Assembly: GCA_948777935.1 (NCBI GenBank)
Contig: CAQDYY010000001.1
Coordinates: 404,930-468,929, forward strand
DNA from: an uncultured Clostridia bacterium
GTDB lineage: Bacteria; Bacillota; Clostridia; TANB77; CAG-508
Length of the DNA stretch: 64,000 nucleotides
Direction: 5' to 3'
Part shown: piece by piece, positions 9,889 through 19,771 of the stretch
Numbering within the stretch: position 1 is the first letter of the stretch
Layout of the letters: every line of letters starts with the position of its first letter
Notes under the pieces: model-generated
What the model saw: only the letters and a program-made list of their open reading frames with translations
Told to the model about the DNA's origin: nothing
Databases searched by the model: none
Program-made: the position numbers and the translations under genes

Positions 9889-10908
9889 TTACAAGCAAAA
9901 CTTATTTATTGCTTGTTTGTATTGTTCTACTAATTTGTCTAAACTTTCTATTGTAATATATTCATTAGCCACATGTGGATTTATTGGTCCAGTACCCAAT
10001 ATACATCTATTTTGGGATTGTATACAGCTTGCTTCTGTTATAAAATTTGTTGTTTTACTCTTTCCACTTTCAGCAATAAATGGTTTTATATCATTTATTA
10101 TTTGATATGTGAATTTATACTTTTCTTGTAAACTATTTATTGTTTCAATAATTTTTATTCTATGTTCTTCTTTTATTACTCTAAAGTCTATATATGTTGT
10201 ACAACTATTTGGAACAATATTTATACTTTTTCCACCTTCTACTTTTCCTATGTTCATAGTAGTATAGGGAATATTAAATCTATTATCAGTTTCAAGTTTT
10301 AAGGTATTATAAAAATTTTTTAGTTCTTCTAAAAACTCCATACATTGCTCTATTGCATTTATTCCATTTTCTGGATTGCTCGAGTGAGCTGATTTTCCTT
10401 TAAAATCAATTTTAAATTCTAATAGACCTTTGCTGCCATTCATTATTTCATTATTGGTTGGTTCTCCAATAATCATATTTTCGGGCATTTTTATGTTTAA
10501 TCTATTTATTTCTCTTATTCCGCCAAAACCAGTTTCTTCATCATAAGTAAAAAATAACTTAATACCATAATTTAATTTATTCCAATCTGTGTCTAATACA
10601 GATTTTAAAATTGCTGCAATTCCACCTTTCATATCACAAACACCTAAGCCATATAATTTATTATCAATTTGGATTAGTTCTAGAGGATTATATATCCAAT
10701 CACTTCCACCTTGTACAGTATCGGTATGTCCTAAAAATCCTAAATTACATTTTTCATTTATACTCATAATTAAGCATTTAGTTCTATACTCTAACTTAAA
10801 TCCTTTTTCTTCTAATATTTCTTGTATATAGTTCATTATTCTTTCATTTTCCTTGTCCTTATATGTATCAAATCGAACTAAGTTTTTTAATATATCTTTT
10901 GCTTGCAT
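9889..10908 (-). CDS. M20-family metallopeptidase (ArgE/DapE-like deacylase)
   Basis: 339 aa; metal-binding motifs GHTDTV, GVCDMKGG, EETG typical of M20 ArgE/DapE. Confidence 0.75.
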   Translation of the reverse strand: MQAKDILKNLVRFDTYKDKENERIMNYIQEILEEKGFKLEYRTKCLIMSINEKCNLGFLGHTDTVQGGSDWIYNPLELIQIDNKLYGLGVCDMKGGIAAILKSVLDTDWNKLNYGIKLFFTYDEETGFGGIREINRLNIKMPENMIIGEPTNNEIMNGSKGLLEFKIDFKGKSAHSSNPENGINAIEQCMEFLEELKNFYNTLKLETDNRFNIPYTTMNIGKVEGGKSINIVPNSCTTYIDFRVIKEEHRIKIIETINSLQEKYKFTYQIINDIKPFIAESGKSKTTNFITEASCIQSQNRCILGTGPINPHVANEYITIESLDKLVEQYKQAINKFCL

Positions 10909-10909
10909 A

Positions 10910-11722
10910 TTATTCCTCCTCTACAATTCCACTAATAATAGCTTTTTCTATATAGTTTTTATTTTCTTTAAGTTGAACATTAATACTATATCCTGATGGT
11001 TGTATTATCTCTATTTTTTTGTCTTTGTTTTTCAAATAGTTATATATTGCTGTTCCTAAACTACCACTACCACATGCTGTTTCATAAAATACTGTATCTA
11101 TTTCTTTTACCCATACAATAGGATTTATTTTTGTCTTTCCTGCTTCCTTTTCCAATAGCATTATTCCTATTGCTTTTTCTTTTGAATCAATCTCTGTTAT
11201 CATTAATTGTTTTAATTCGTTTTTAGTTTTTTCTTCATCTTGTTTTAGTTTTTGAATATAAGTTTTTGATTTTTCTTCATTTAAAATTGCAATTAAAATC
11301 CCATCTATTTTTATACAAGTAAAATCGTTTTTAACTTCATATAAATTAGCTATATTTTTACCTATATCTAATTGAATTTCTACTTTTTTATCATTTAGTA
11401 CTTTGCCTAATATCATTTTATTTGTTCCAGATACACTAATTTCTATTTCTCCTTCTTTTCCTTTTAAATATTCCCAAATTGCACATCGTGTCCCATTCAT
11501 GCAAAATTCGCCACCTGCCATTTCTAAACGATTGATTTTATTACTTAAAAAACCTACTTGCTCCACTTGTGAATTTTTCTTCATTATAGCTTTATTTATT
11601 AATCTCTTTTGATTATCTGTATATTCATTTCCATTAACTAATGCTGTTTTATTACCTCCTGGATTTAATACTTTATACCTAATCTCGCCTATACTTCTTA
11701 TATACTTAATACTTTCACTCAT
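10910..11722 (-). CDS. dapF: diaminopimelate epimerase-like protein (DapF/PhzF fold)
   Basis: Two Cys-containing motifs FCMNGTRCA and ETACGSGS resembling DapF catalytic cysteines; start moved to Met13 with GAGGT RBS; immediately downstream of M20 (DapE-like) gene. Confidence 0.55.
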   Translation of the reverse strand: MSESIKYIRSIGEIRYKVLNPGGNKTALVNGNEYTDNQKRLINKAIMKKNSQVEQVGFLSNKINRLEMAGGEFCMNGTRCAIWEYLKGKEGEIEISVSGTNKMILGKVLNDKKVEIQLDIGKNIANLYEVKNDFTCIKIDGILIAILNEEKSKTYIQKLKQDEEKTKNELKQLMITEIDSKEKAIGIMLLEKEAGKTKINPIVWVKEIDTVFYETACGSGSLGTAIYNYLKNKDKKIEIIQPSGYSINVQLKENKNYIEKAIISGIVEEE

Positions 11723-12059
11723 ATTTTTTACCTCTTCATTTCTCATATAAATTACCACCTTTCATATAGTAAAAATAGATATATAAAAAAACACTATTTA
11801 TAGTTTTTATCCTACAAATAGTGTCTTTAAATATATCTATTTTATATATCTTTAAACTATCGTAGGTACAACACTTTTAGCTTGTACCTACTGAATAACT
11901 ACAATAGTTACAAGCTCCTACGATGATGTAATTGGTTTAAAAATATATTTGATTTCATACTATTTCCTTCTTTCTTAAATCTTATATTTTAAATACTAGC
12001 ATATTTTTTAGTATATGTCAATTGGTTTATGTAAAGTTTTATTAATTATGTCTTTCAAC

Positions 12060-12839
12060 TTAATTAAATTTTGTTATAAAAATTTCCTTTTTTCCATCAT
12101 CAAATTCAAATTCATCATTTGAAACTCTAATTAAAACATCTCCAACATCTTTATTCATTAAATATGAAATAAGAATAGAATCTTTTTCACATAATTCATT
12201 TAATGTTGTTATACAAAGATTTTTTGGATTATCAACATAATCTTGTGCTTCGTTTCCAATACTTAAAAACCAACCGCTATTCATTTCAGATGATGTTTCC
12301 AGTTTTTGCATAAGACCTACTTTCCAGTTTTCGTCTAAAAGTTTTTTAGTTACTATACATGTTTTTAATAATTCTTCCAAAATTGTAAAATCTTCTTCTT
12401 GGGAAATAAATTCATTTATTTCATTTTGGGTAACTTGAATATCACTATTCATGTCTTCTATTGAAAATCCCCATTTATTATCATTATCTGCAATTTTATT
12501 CATAATCACTGCTAGTTCAAGTATTTCGTCATTTCCAACACTAATTGATGAAGAAATTTCCTTATATGGTTTATTTTTATGATTTTTAAAAAGACATATA
12601 TCAATTTTTCCATCCATATATAATATAAGTTTTATTGCTCCCATATTTTCTTTATCATTATAAAAGCACATAAAAGGACTTAAATGACTGTTTACATAGT
12701 AGTCAAAAATAGTACCATTTTTGTCATTCATGTAATATATTTTTCCATTTTCCTCTAAATCTTGAGTTGAAACCTGTGGAAGATGTTTTTTCAAACTTTC
12801 CTTTACTATTTCTGAAATTTCTCCTAAAATTTTATTCAT
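12060..12839 (-). CDS. hypothetical acidic cytoplasmic protein
   Basis: 259 aa ORF, no recognisable motif. Confidence 0.4.
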   Translation of the reverse strand: MNKILGEISEIVKESLKKHLPQVSTQDLEENGKIYYMNDKNGTIFDYYVNSHLSPFMCFYNDKENMGAIKLILYMDGKIDICLFKNHKNKPYKEISSSISVGNDEILELAVIMNKIADNDNKWGFSIEDMNSDIQVTQNEINEFISQEEDFTILEELLKTCIVTKKLLDENWKVGLMQKLETSSEMNSGWFLSIGNEAQDYVDNPKNLCITTLNELCEKDSILISYLMNKDVGDVLIRVSNDEFEFDDGKKEIFITKFN

Positions 12840-12860
12840 GCAATTCTCCTTCCTATATCC

Positions 12861-13290
12861 TTATTTAAATAATGATAATCTTTTTGTTATCGAATTTATT
12901 TTTTCTATTTCACCAAATGCTAATAACCCAAAATAGTTATGCTCTTCTGTATTTACTTCTTTAGTTTTTTCTAGCTGTTCTTTATAAGTATCTCCTGTCA
13001 TTGTTTCTATAAAGTCTACAAACAATATCCCTTCTTCTTTAAATTGTCTTCTAGCTTTTTTAATTTCATTATTCTTTCCACCGTAAAACTATTAAAGATA
13101 AACCTGAAATGCTTTTATGTGGCTCTTCATCTTTATCTGGAAAATCTATAAAAGACATTTTTTCTTTTGTTTCTTCATCTGCAATATTAACTAGTCCTAA
13201 TCCCATATGTGCAATTGCATTTAATGCCTTTCCTATTTCTATTTTTTCATTAATAATTGCTACAAATTTATATTTATCATTATGTACCAT
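12861..13290 (-). pseudogene. DUF2000-like small protein, frame interrupted (1-nt indel at a T4/A4 run near 13082-13088)
   Basis: N-terminal 73 aa ORF (13069-13290) continues in +1 frame as ...FYGGKNNEIKKARRQFKEEGILFVDFIETMTGDTYKEQ... to 12861. Confidence 0.45.
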
Positions 13291-13371
13291 TTTAACAGCC
13301 TCCTACGATTATTTATACATTTATAATACCTTATTTTTTCTTTTTATGCAATAGATTTTAGTTATAAAAGT

Positions 13372-13869
13372 TTAAATATTCGTTTTTTCTACATATTCTA
13401 AACACTTTTCTTCTAATTTTTTAAAATCACATATATTAAATCTTTTTCTACTTACTTCATTTAATCCTAATTTATATACTTGATTTGCTAACTTTTTAAT
13501 TTTCTCTCTATTTATATTACAATAATGTAATTCTTTTCTTAATAAAATTTGATACTTTTCATCTTCTTTAGAAAAGTCCTTTTGATTTAAGTATTTTATT
13601 GGACATGGGAACATAAAGGAAAACCTTAACGAAGATATCGGTTTTAATTCTTTTGTCTTTTTATCTTTATCCATAATTAGGAATGCAGTATGAGCCTTTT
13701 TGTTATAAGAAGATACTGGAGCGAAATAATTAAAATTATTTATTGTAAGCACTATACCACAAAAGAATTTCTTGTGTTTTTCGTAATCTATATTAGGAAT
13801 TTTGTTATCACCATTTTCTTTTAAATATTTTATATATTCACTATCTACTTCATAAAATTTTAATTTCAT
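13372..13869 (-). CDS. toxN: type III toxin-antitoxin system toxin, ToxN/AbiQ-family endoribonuclease
   Basis: 165 aa; N-terminus MKLKFYEVDSEYIKYLKE..., GIVL...Y.AP..S.KK and C-terminal CDF..LEEK match ToxN/AbiQ; preceded by tandem RNA repeats + terminator; AAGGAGA RBS. Confidence 0.8.
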   Translation of the reverse strand: MKLKFYEVDSEYIKYLKENGDNKIPNIDYEKHKKFFCGIVLTINNFNYFAPVSSYNKKAHTAFLIMDKDKKTKELKPISSLRFSFMFPCPIKYLNQKDFSKEDEKYQILLRKELHYCNINREKIKKLANQVYKLGLNEVSRKRFNICDFKKLEEKCLEYVEKTNI

Positions 13870-13888
13870 TGCAACATCTCCTTATAAC

Positions 13889-13925
13889 ATAAAAATGAGG
13901 ATTAAAACCTAAATTTTAACCCCCA
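13889..13925 (-). terminator. intrinsic terminator between ToxI-like repeats and toxN
   Basis: On minus RNA GGGGGUUAAAAU-UUAG-GUUUUAAUCCUC stem followed by AUUUUUAU. Confidence 0.65.
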
Positions 13926-13939
13926 TCTATTAAATCATG

Positions 13940-14078
13940 CTATTTTGTTTTGAGTTAGCATTAACTCGAATATATCGTTCACTATATTTTATGAGGTGTG
14001 AAACCTCGAATATATCGCTCGCCATTTTGAATTGAGCTGCGAAACACTCGAATTATGAATAGCTATTCTCTTTTAGTA
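13940..14078 (-). ncRNA. toxI: ToxI-like antitoxin RNA: ~3 tandem repeats of 40-42 nt (..CGAUAUAUUCGAG[hairpin]..AAAAU..)
   Basis: Motif AUUCGAG recurs with periods 42 and 40 nt; each unit has a hairpin with covarying stems (GAGU/GCUC, GAGGU/ACCUC, GAGUUA/UAACUC); sits between promoter and toxN. Confidence 0.7.
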
Positions 14079-14083
14079 TATTT

Positions 14084-14113
14084 ATTATACTATTTTTTTA
14101 TTCATTATGTCAA
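14084..14113 (-). promoter_or_regulatory. sigma-A type promoter for toxI-toxN (TTGACA-18-TATAAT)
   Basis: Minus strand TTGACAtaatgaataaaaaaatagTATAAT. Confidence 0.6.
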
Positions 14114-14289
14114 TGATTTTGAAAAAGTTTATATATTCTACAGCTCCCACTTATTGGTAGGGTTCACCTAATTTTAACTTCAAATAACATAGTTTTGCTA
14201 TCAAAAATTTATTTTTCTAATATTGCTGTTACTTCTATTTCAATTTTTGAACCTTGTCTTACAAATCCTCCTATTTCCCACAGCAATTT

Positions 14290-16995
14290 TTATATTTTTT
14301 TCCTGAACCGGCAAGGGCATGGGTCGTTTCTTCCTATTGTTGGCCCTTCATTTCGTACTGTTACATGTGTTTGTTCTGATTCTCCATTTAGTTCATTTAT
14401 ATTTTCTAATGAAGCATTTGTAATTCTTGCTGTTTCTGCTCTTCTTATTTCAGTTTGTTTTTGTATGTTTAATAGTATTTTTACAACATCATAATGAATA
14501 TCATATACCATTTGTTCAAACATTTCTGTTCCTTCTATACGATATTGAACAACAGGGTCTTTTTGACCATATGCACGAAGCCCTATTCCATCTTTTAGTT
14601 CATCCATTGCATCTATATGATCCATCCATTTTTGGTCTACTACTTTTAACATAACAACTCGTTCTAATTCTCTTAGTTCTTCTTCTCCAATTTCTTGTTC
14701 TTTTTCATCATAACGAGCAAGTGCTTTTTCTTTTAATTCTTTTAGTAGTTTTTGTTCATCAAATTTTGCATCTTTTAAAGCTTCAATATCTTCTAAACCA
14801 AATATTGTTCGAATTTCTTCTTTTAATGATTCTTTATTAATAACTTCTTCCATAGAATATGAATTTACTAAAAATTCTGCTAATTCTATAATCATATTTT
14901 TGATGCTATCTTTTAGACTTTGTCCATCTAATACTTGTCTTCTTTGTGAATAGATAATCTCTCTTTGTGTATTCATAACATCATCATATTGAAGTACATG
15001 TTTACGAATACTAAAGTTTCTACCTTCTACTCTTTTTTGTGCTTTTTCTACTGCACCTGAAATAATTCTAGATTCTATTGGCATATCTTCATCTGCACCT
15101 AATGTATTATATACACCTGTAATCATATCTCCACCAAAGATCTTCATTAAATCATCATCAAGACCTATATAGAATTTAGATTCACCCATATCCCCTTGAC
15201 GTCCACTACGTCCACGAAGCTGATTATCAATTCTTCTAGACTCATGTCTTTCTGTACCAATGATTTTTAAACCACCAGCAGCAATTACTTTTTCTTTTTC
15301 TTCTTTAATTTCTTCATCATATTTCTTTACTAAATTTCTAAATTTTTCTCTTGATTCTAAAATACTTTGGTCATCTGTTTCATTAAATGCCATTGCTTCT
15401 TCTATTTGTTCATCTGTGTATTTTAGCCTTTTCATTTCTTCTCTTGCAAGATATTCACTGTTTCCACCAAGCATAATATCTGTACCACGTCCTGCCATGT
15501 TTGTTGCAATAGTAACTGCTCCAAATTTACCTGCTTGTGCAATAATTGCAGCTTCTTGCTCATGGTATTTTGCATTTAATACTGAATGTGGTATTCCTTC
15601 TCTTTTCAATATTTTACTTAGTTTTTCAGATTTTTCAATTGATACAGTACCTACTAACACTGGTTGTCCTTTAGCATTACTTTCTTTTACACTGTTTACA
15701 ATTGCTCTATATTTTGCAGCTTCATTTTTATAAATAACGTCATTTTCATCATTACGTGCTACTGGTTTATTAGTTGGTATAGCAATAACATCTAAATTAT
15801 AGATTTCTCTAAATTCTGATTCTTCTGTCATAGCAGTACCAGTCATACCTGCTAATTTATCATACATTCTAAAGTAGTTTTGGAATGTGATTGTTGCAAG
15901 TGTTTTAGATTCGTCTGCTATTTTTACCCCTTCTTTTGCTTCTATTGCTTGATGAAGACCATTATTATATCTTCTTCCATACATAATTCTTCCTGTAAAT
16001 TCATCAACAATTAGTACTTCTCCGTCTTTTACCATATAATCTATATCACGTTTCATAACACCATGTGCACGTAAGGCTTGGTTTACATGGTGTACAATTT
16101 CTGAATTGTCTAAATCGTTAAAATTTGTAATACCAAAGAATTCTTCTGCTTTTTTAATTCCTTTTGCAGTAAGAGATGCAGATTTTGCTTTTAAATCTAC
16201 AATATAGTCATAGTTTTCGTTATCTTCTGCTTGTTCTTCATCTTTTATATCTTCTTCTACTATTACTTTTGCATTTAATCTTCTTACAAAATCGTTTGCT
16301 CTTTTATATAAATCTGATGAAGTATTTGCACGTCCTGAAATAATTAATGGAGTACGTGCTTCATCTATTAAAATACTATCTATCTCATCTACAATTGCAA
16401 AGTTTAAATCTCTTTGAACTGCTTGGTTTTTATATATTACCATGTTATCTCTTAAGTAATCAAAACCAAATTCATTGTTAGTTCCATAAGTTACATCACA
16501 TGCATATGCCCTTCTTTTTTCATCTGGTTCCATTCCAGAAATAGCAAGTCCTACTGTTAAACCCAAGAATTTGTATACTTTTCCCATCCATTCACTATCA
16601 CGTTTTGCAAGGTAATCGTTAACTGTAATAACATGTACACCCTTTCCTGTTAGTGCATTTAAGTATACAGGAAGTGTTGCAACTAATGTTTTTCCTTCTC
16701 CTGTTTTCATTTCGGCAATTCTACCTTGATGTAATATAATTCCACCTATTAATTGAACATCAAAATGTCTCATGCCTAATACTCTTTTAGAAGCTTCTCT
16801 TACTACTGCAAAAGCTTCTGGCAATATATCATCTAATGATTTCCCATTTTCTAATTCTTTTTTAAAATAGTTTGTTTTTTCTTTTAATTCTTCATCTGAT
16901 AATGATGAAATTTCTCCTTCGAATGCATTAATCTTGTTTACGATTGGCATTACTCTTTTTACTTCTTTTTCGCTATATGACTTAAATAGTCCCAT
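14290..16995 (-). CDS. secA: preprotein translocase ATPase SecA
   Basis: 901 aa; DEAD-like motor motifs, C-terminal Zn-binding CPCRFRKKI... region. Confidence 0.95.
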   Translation of the reverse strand: MGLFKSYSEKEVKRVMPIVNKINAFEGEISSLSDEELKEKTNYFKKELENGKSLDDILPEAFAVVREASKRVLGMRHFDVQLIGGIILHQGRIAEMKTGEGKTLVATLPVYLNALTGKGVHVITVNDYLAKRDSEWMGKVYKFLGLTVGLAISGMEPDEKRRAYACDVTYGTNNEFGFDYLRDNMVIYKNQAVQRDLNFAIVDEIDSILIDEARTPLIISGRANTSSDLYKRANDFVRRLNAKVIVEEDIKDEEQAEDNENYDYIVDLKAKSASLTAKGIKKAEEFFGITNFNDLDNSEIVHHVNQALRAHGVMKRDIDYMVKDGEVLIVDEFTGRIMYGRRYNNGLHQAIEAKEGVKIADESKTLATITFQNYFRMYDKLAGMTGTAMTEESEFREIYNLDVIAIPTNKPVARNDENDVIYKNEAAKYRAIVNSVKESNAKGQPVLVGTVSIEKSEKLSKILKREGIPHSVLNAKYHEQEAAIIAQAGKFGAVTIATNMAGRGTDIMLGGNSEYLAREEMKRLKYTDEQIEEAMAFNETDDQSILESREKFRNLVKKYDEEIKEEKEKVIAAGGLKIIGTERHESRRIDNQLRGRSGRQGDMGESKFYIGLDDDLMKIFGGDMITGVYNTLGADEDMPIESRIISGAVEKAQKRVEGRNFSIRKHVLQYDDVMNTQREIIYSQRRQVLDGQSLKDSIKNMIIELAEFLVNSYSMEEVINKESLKEEIRTIFGLEDIEALKDAKFDEQKLLKELKEKALARYDEKEQEIGEEELRELERVVMLKVVDQKWMDHIDAMDELKDGIGLRAYGQKDPVVQYRIEGTEMFEQMVYDIHYDVVKILLNIQKQTEIRRAETARITNASLENINELNGESEQTHVTVRNEGPTIGRNDPCPCRFRKKI

Positions 16996-17095
16996 TTATC
17001 TTTGCCTCCTAAATATTAAAATAATTCTTTTGTACTATATCACTAATTATAACTTTACGCAAGTAATTTAGTCATATTTTTTGCTTTTTTAATAT

Positions 17096-17449
17096 TTATA
17101 AATTGTCTAATCCTCCACTTATTTCGTAAAGGTTTTGATAACCCATTTTTCTTAAAGTTTTAACTGCTTTTTTGCTTCTTCCTCCACTACTGCAATATGT
17201 TATAATAGTTTGTTCTTTGTTTGTACTGATTTTTGAGATTTCATTAGTTAGTTCATATGTTGGTATACAAATTGCTCTATCTAAATGATATTCGTCATAT
17301 TCTTGTTTACTTCGTACATCTAGCAATATTGCTAATGGGTTTTCTTTCATAATTTCTCTGGCTTCTAAATATGTTATTTGTTCACTATATCTAAATAAAT
17401 GTCTTGCAAAAGTATCTTTAATTTTATTAGTCATTTGTCTTATTTTCAT
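17096..17449 (-). CDS. rhodanese-domain protein
   Basis: Active-site loop CSSGGRS; start at Met9 with AGAGGGAT RBS. Confidence 0.75.
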   Translation of the reverse strand: MKIRQMTNKIKDTFARHLFRYSEQITYLEAREIMKENPLAILLDVRSKQEYDEYHLDRAICIPTYELTNEISKISTNKEQTIITYCSSGGRSKKAVKTLRKMGYQNLYEISGGLDNL

Positions 17450-17720
17450 TTTTATCCCTCTTCTTATCCACATATAAAATCAGCATTAATTTTATATAAT
17501 TTATTTATCTTTTTCTTACATTATATTCTTAATGTCTTTGTTTTGTCATATTTCTGTCATTTATTTTCAAATGTCTTTTGTCGTTTTTTGTGTATTTATA
17601 GCTAATCTTTGTATGTTCTTTATTGAATGTTACAATTCTATTTCAATTATATTTCAAAAATATTTATATTATGTATCCTATTTCGTTTACAGTTTTATGT
17701 ATATTTTGATATATTTTTTA

Positions 17721-17751
17721 TGTGGATAATGTGGATAACTCTGTGAATAAC
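17721..17751 (+). promoter_or_regulatory. cluster of three DnaA-box matches (TGTGGATAA x2 tandem, TGTGAATAA)
   Basis: Two perfect reverse-complement TTATCCACA boxes abutting at 17721-17738 plus TTATTCACA at 17743-17751 in a 480-bp AT-rich non-coding region. Confidence 0.5.
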
Positions 17752-17951
17752 TATTTTCTAACACTTTTTAGACACAATCTGTTCACAATATCTTTTAAGA
17801 ATTATGTTTCCTTTTTCATTTTAATTTTATTTCAAACATTATGTGTACTGTACGTTTGTTTTGTGAATTCTGCTATGTTGTTTGATATGAGTAATAAAAC
17901 ATCAAAATCGTATTTTTTAATATATATTTTTATTACAAAAATGCGCAAGAA

Positions 17952-18833
17952 CTATATCTCTTGCGTATTTTCTATCTTTTCTATTTGTTTAATTTCTGCT
18001 TTTGTAATTTTGCATATCGTTTCTTTATCAATTCCTAGCACTAGCATTTTTTTTATAACTTCTATTTGCTTTCTTTGTATTCCCTGCTCTATTCCCTGCT
18101 CTATTCCTTGTTTTATTCCTTTCTGTATTCCTATCATTTCTGCACCTTCCATTCCGTTCTTATAGTCTCTTATCCATTTATCTCTTAGTTCGGCTTTTCT
18201 TTTTATTGCTTCATCTCCTGTTAAATATTCTAATTCTTCATTTGCTTTTTCTATTACTTTGTTTTTCTTTTTTACCATTTCTACCATTCCTCCTTTACTA
18301 TAATCTAAAAAATATAACCATTCTTCTTTTTTATTTTCTGGCTGTTTCTCTGCTTTTATGAATTTTTTTAACTCTATAAAGTGTATTTCTAGTACATCTG
18401 TTAATACTTTGTCTTTTTCTGTATCTTCTACTATATGCCATTTCGTATGATATTCTTTTGTATCAAAATAATTAAAGTCTAATAAATTTATTGTTATTGT
18501 TTTCTTTAACCCATAAAAGGGCTCTCCTTCATGTATACTTCCTGTGTATAGCTTTCCCCAATAGAATAGTGTCCTTTTTTCCATGTTTTGTTGGTTTACT
18601 ACTTGCATCTCTACGTTTATTTGTGTTTCATTATCTAGTTTTGCTTTTATATCTAGTATCCCTACTTTATCGTTTAGATCTTCCTTTTCTAACTTTGTAT
18701 CTTTTTCTACTTCAATTTCTTTTATTGGTTCCTCTATTATTGAAGATAAAAAGTCTTTTAAAATTGCTTCGTTTCCTTTACTTCCAAATATTCTTTTAAA
18801 TATAATATCATTTTTTGGTGTTAGTTGTACCAT
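17952..18833 (-). CDS. Rpn/YhgA-like PD-(D/E)XK nuclease family protein (transposase_31 family) with C-terminal QGIEQGI repeats
   Basis: 293 aa; DIKAKLDNETQINVEMQV nuclease core; repeated GIKQGIEQGIEQGIQ near C-terminus. Confidence 0.7.
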   Translation of the reverse strand: MVQLTPKNDIIFKRIFGSKGNEAILKDFLSSIIEEPIKEIEVEKDTKLEKEDLNDKVGILDIKAKLDNETQINVEMQVVNQQNMEKRTLFYWGKLYTGSIHEGEPFYGLKKTITINLLDFNYFDTKEYHTKWHIVEDTEKDKVLTDVLEIHFIELKKFIKAEKQPENKKEEWLYFLDYSKGGMVEMVKKKNKVIEKANEELEYLTGDEAIKRKAELRDKWIRDYKNGMEGAEMIGIQKGIKQGIEQGIEQGIQRKQIEVIKKMLVLGIDKETICKITKAEIKQIEKIENTQEI

Positions 18834-19169
18834 CTTTTTCCTCCTTATTATAACATTTTATTTTTTATTATGCAATACAAAATGACAATTTGTTTTAAGT
18901 TTTTTTACCACCTTCTTTACTTCATTTTTGTTTTTGGATTTTTGTTCTAGAATTTTTAGAACTTTCTTTTTGCTCTTACACTGATGTTTTTGAATTTTAA
19001 ATTTTTAGATTTAATTCTTTTTTATTATACATCTTTTTTGTTATTTTGCAAGAAAAACTTTTCGACATTTTTAGACAGTATTTTTATATATTCTATTAAT
19101 CATAATTTTTCATAATGTAACTTAAAATAGCATGTTCTGTTATAAAAAAGCAAAAGCAAAATATATGGA

Positions 19170-19335
19170 ATTTGAAAAGAAGCGTCTTGAAAGTAAATTT
19201 TGTATACGTATGTTTTAAAAATTTGTGGGAGAATCTCACACACTTGTGAGAGGGGCCTACAAATTTTTATTACATACTGTGCAAAATTTATCTTGAACGA
19301 GCGGTTTTGAAAATTCCATATATTTTACTTTTGCT
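19170..19335 (+). repeat. Family-5 ~165-bp repeat, copy 1 (second copy 37334-37498, ~97% identical)
   Basis: Near-identical sequence aatttgaaaagaagcgtcttgaaagtaaattttgtatacg...gtgggagaatctcacac..gtgagaggggcc...; imperfect terminal inverted repeat GGAATTTGAAAA / TTTTGAAAATTCC. Confidence 0.7.
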
Positions 19336-19357
19336 TTTATGCTACTATTATTAATCT

Positions 19358-19648
19358 TTATATTTTAAATATTATCATTAACGCAATTACTACTTGAATT
19401 ACAATAATTGCCGGAAAACCAAATACAAACTTTGCCTTCTGTGTTTTATGCCTAAATGTATACATTCCTGCAATAGTTCCAATTCCTCCACCGAATGCTG
19501 CAACTAAAAATAATGTATTTTCTTTAATTCTCCACTTGCCTCCTTTTGCCTTTTTCTTATCTAGCCACATAATAAAAAAGCCAAATAAATTTACAATTAC
19601 TAAATATATAATAATATTTTGTATAGAAAATATATCCTCCAATTTCAT
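19358..19648 (-). CDS. small membrane protein (DUF1294-like)
   Basis: 96 aa, two TM segments, basic loop KKKAKGGKWRIKE. Confidence 0.5.
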   Translation of the reverse strand: MKLEDIFSIQNIIIYLVIVNLFGFFIMWLDKKKAKGGKWRIKENTLFLVAAFGGGIGTIAGMYTFRHKTQKAKFVFGFPAIIVIQVVIALMIIFKI

Positions 19649-19771
19649 CTATATCACTCCTAACTTTACCCAAACAAGCTCATTTGGTTACTTCTACTCA
19701 TTCCTTCTAAACATCCTGCATTAGCTAACATTTCAATTACTGCCTTTCCTGCTTTTGAACGAATTTGCAAA

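Noticed and set aside
13940-14078. CRISPR array, suggested by the tandem repeats with spacers.
   Set aside because: There are only about three units, the repeats are not identical, the 'spacers' are short and related, and no cas genes are present. A promoter sits upstream and a terminator plus toxN downstream, so a ToxI-like RNA is the better explanation.
17470-17950. Chromosomal replication origin, suggested by the DnaA boxes in an AT-rich gap.
   Set aside because: Only three boxes are present and no dnaA/dnaN/gyrB lies nearby. The flanking genes (rhodanese, Rpn nuclease, secA, polC) do not fit oriC context, so a regulatory or titration site is more plausible.
18075-18160. DNA tandem repeat ctattccctgct x2 that might be an intergenic repeat.
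   Set aside because: It lies inside the Rpn-family ORF and simply encodes the QGIEQGIEQGI protein repeat.
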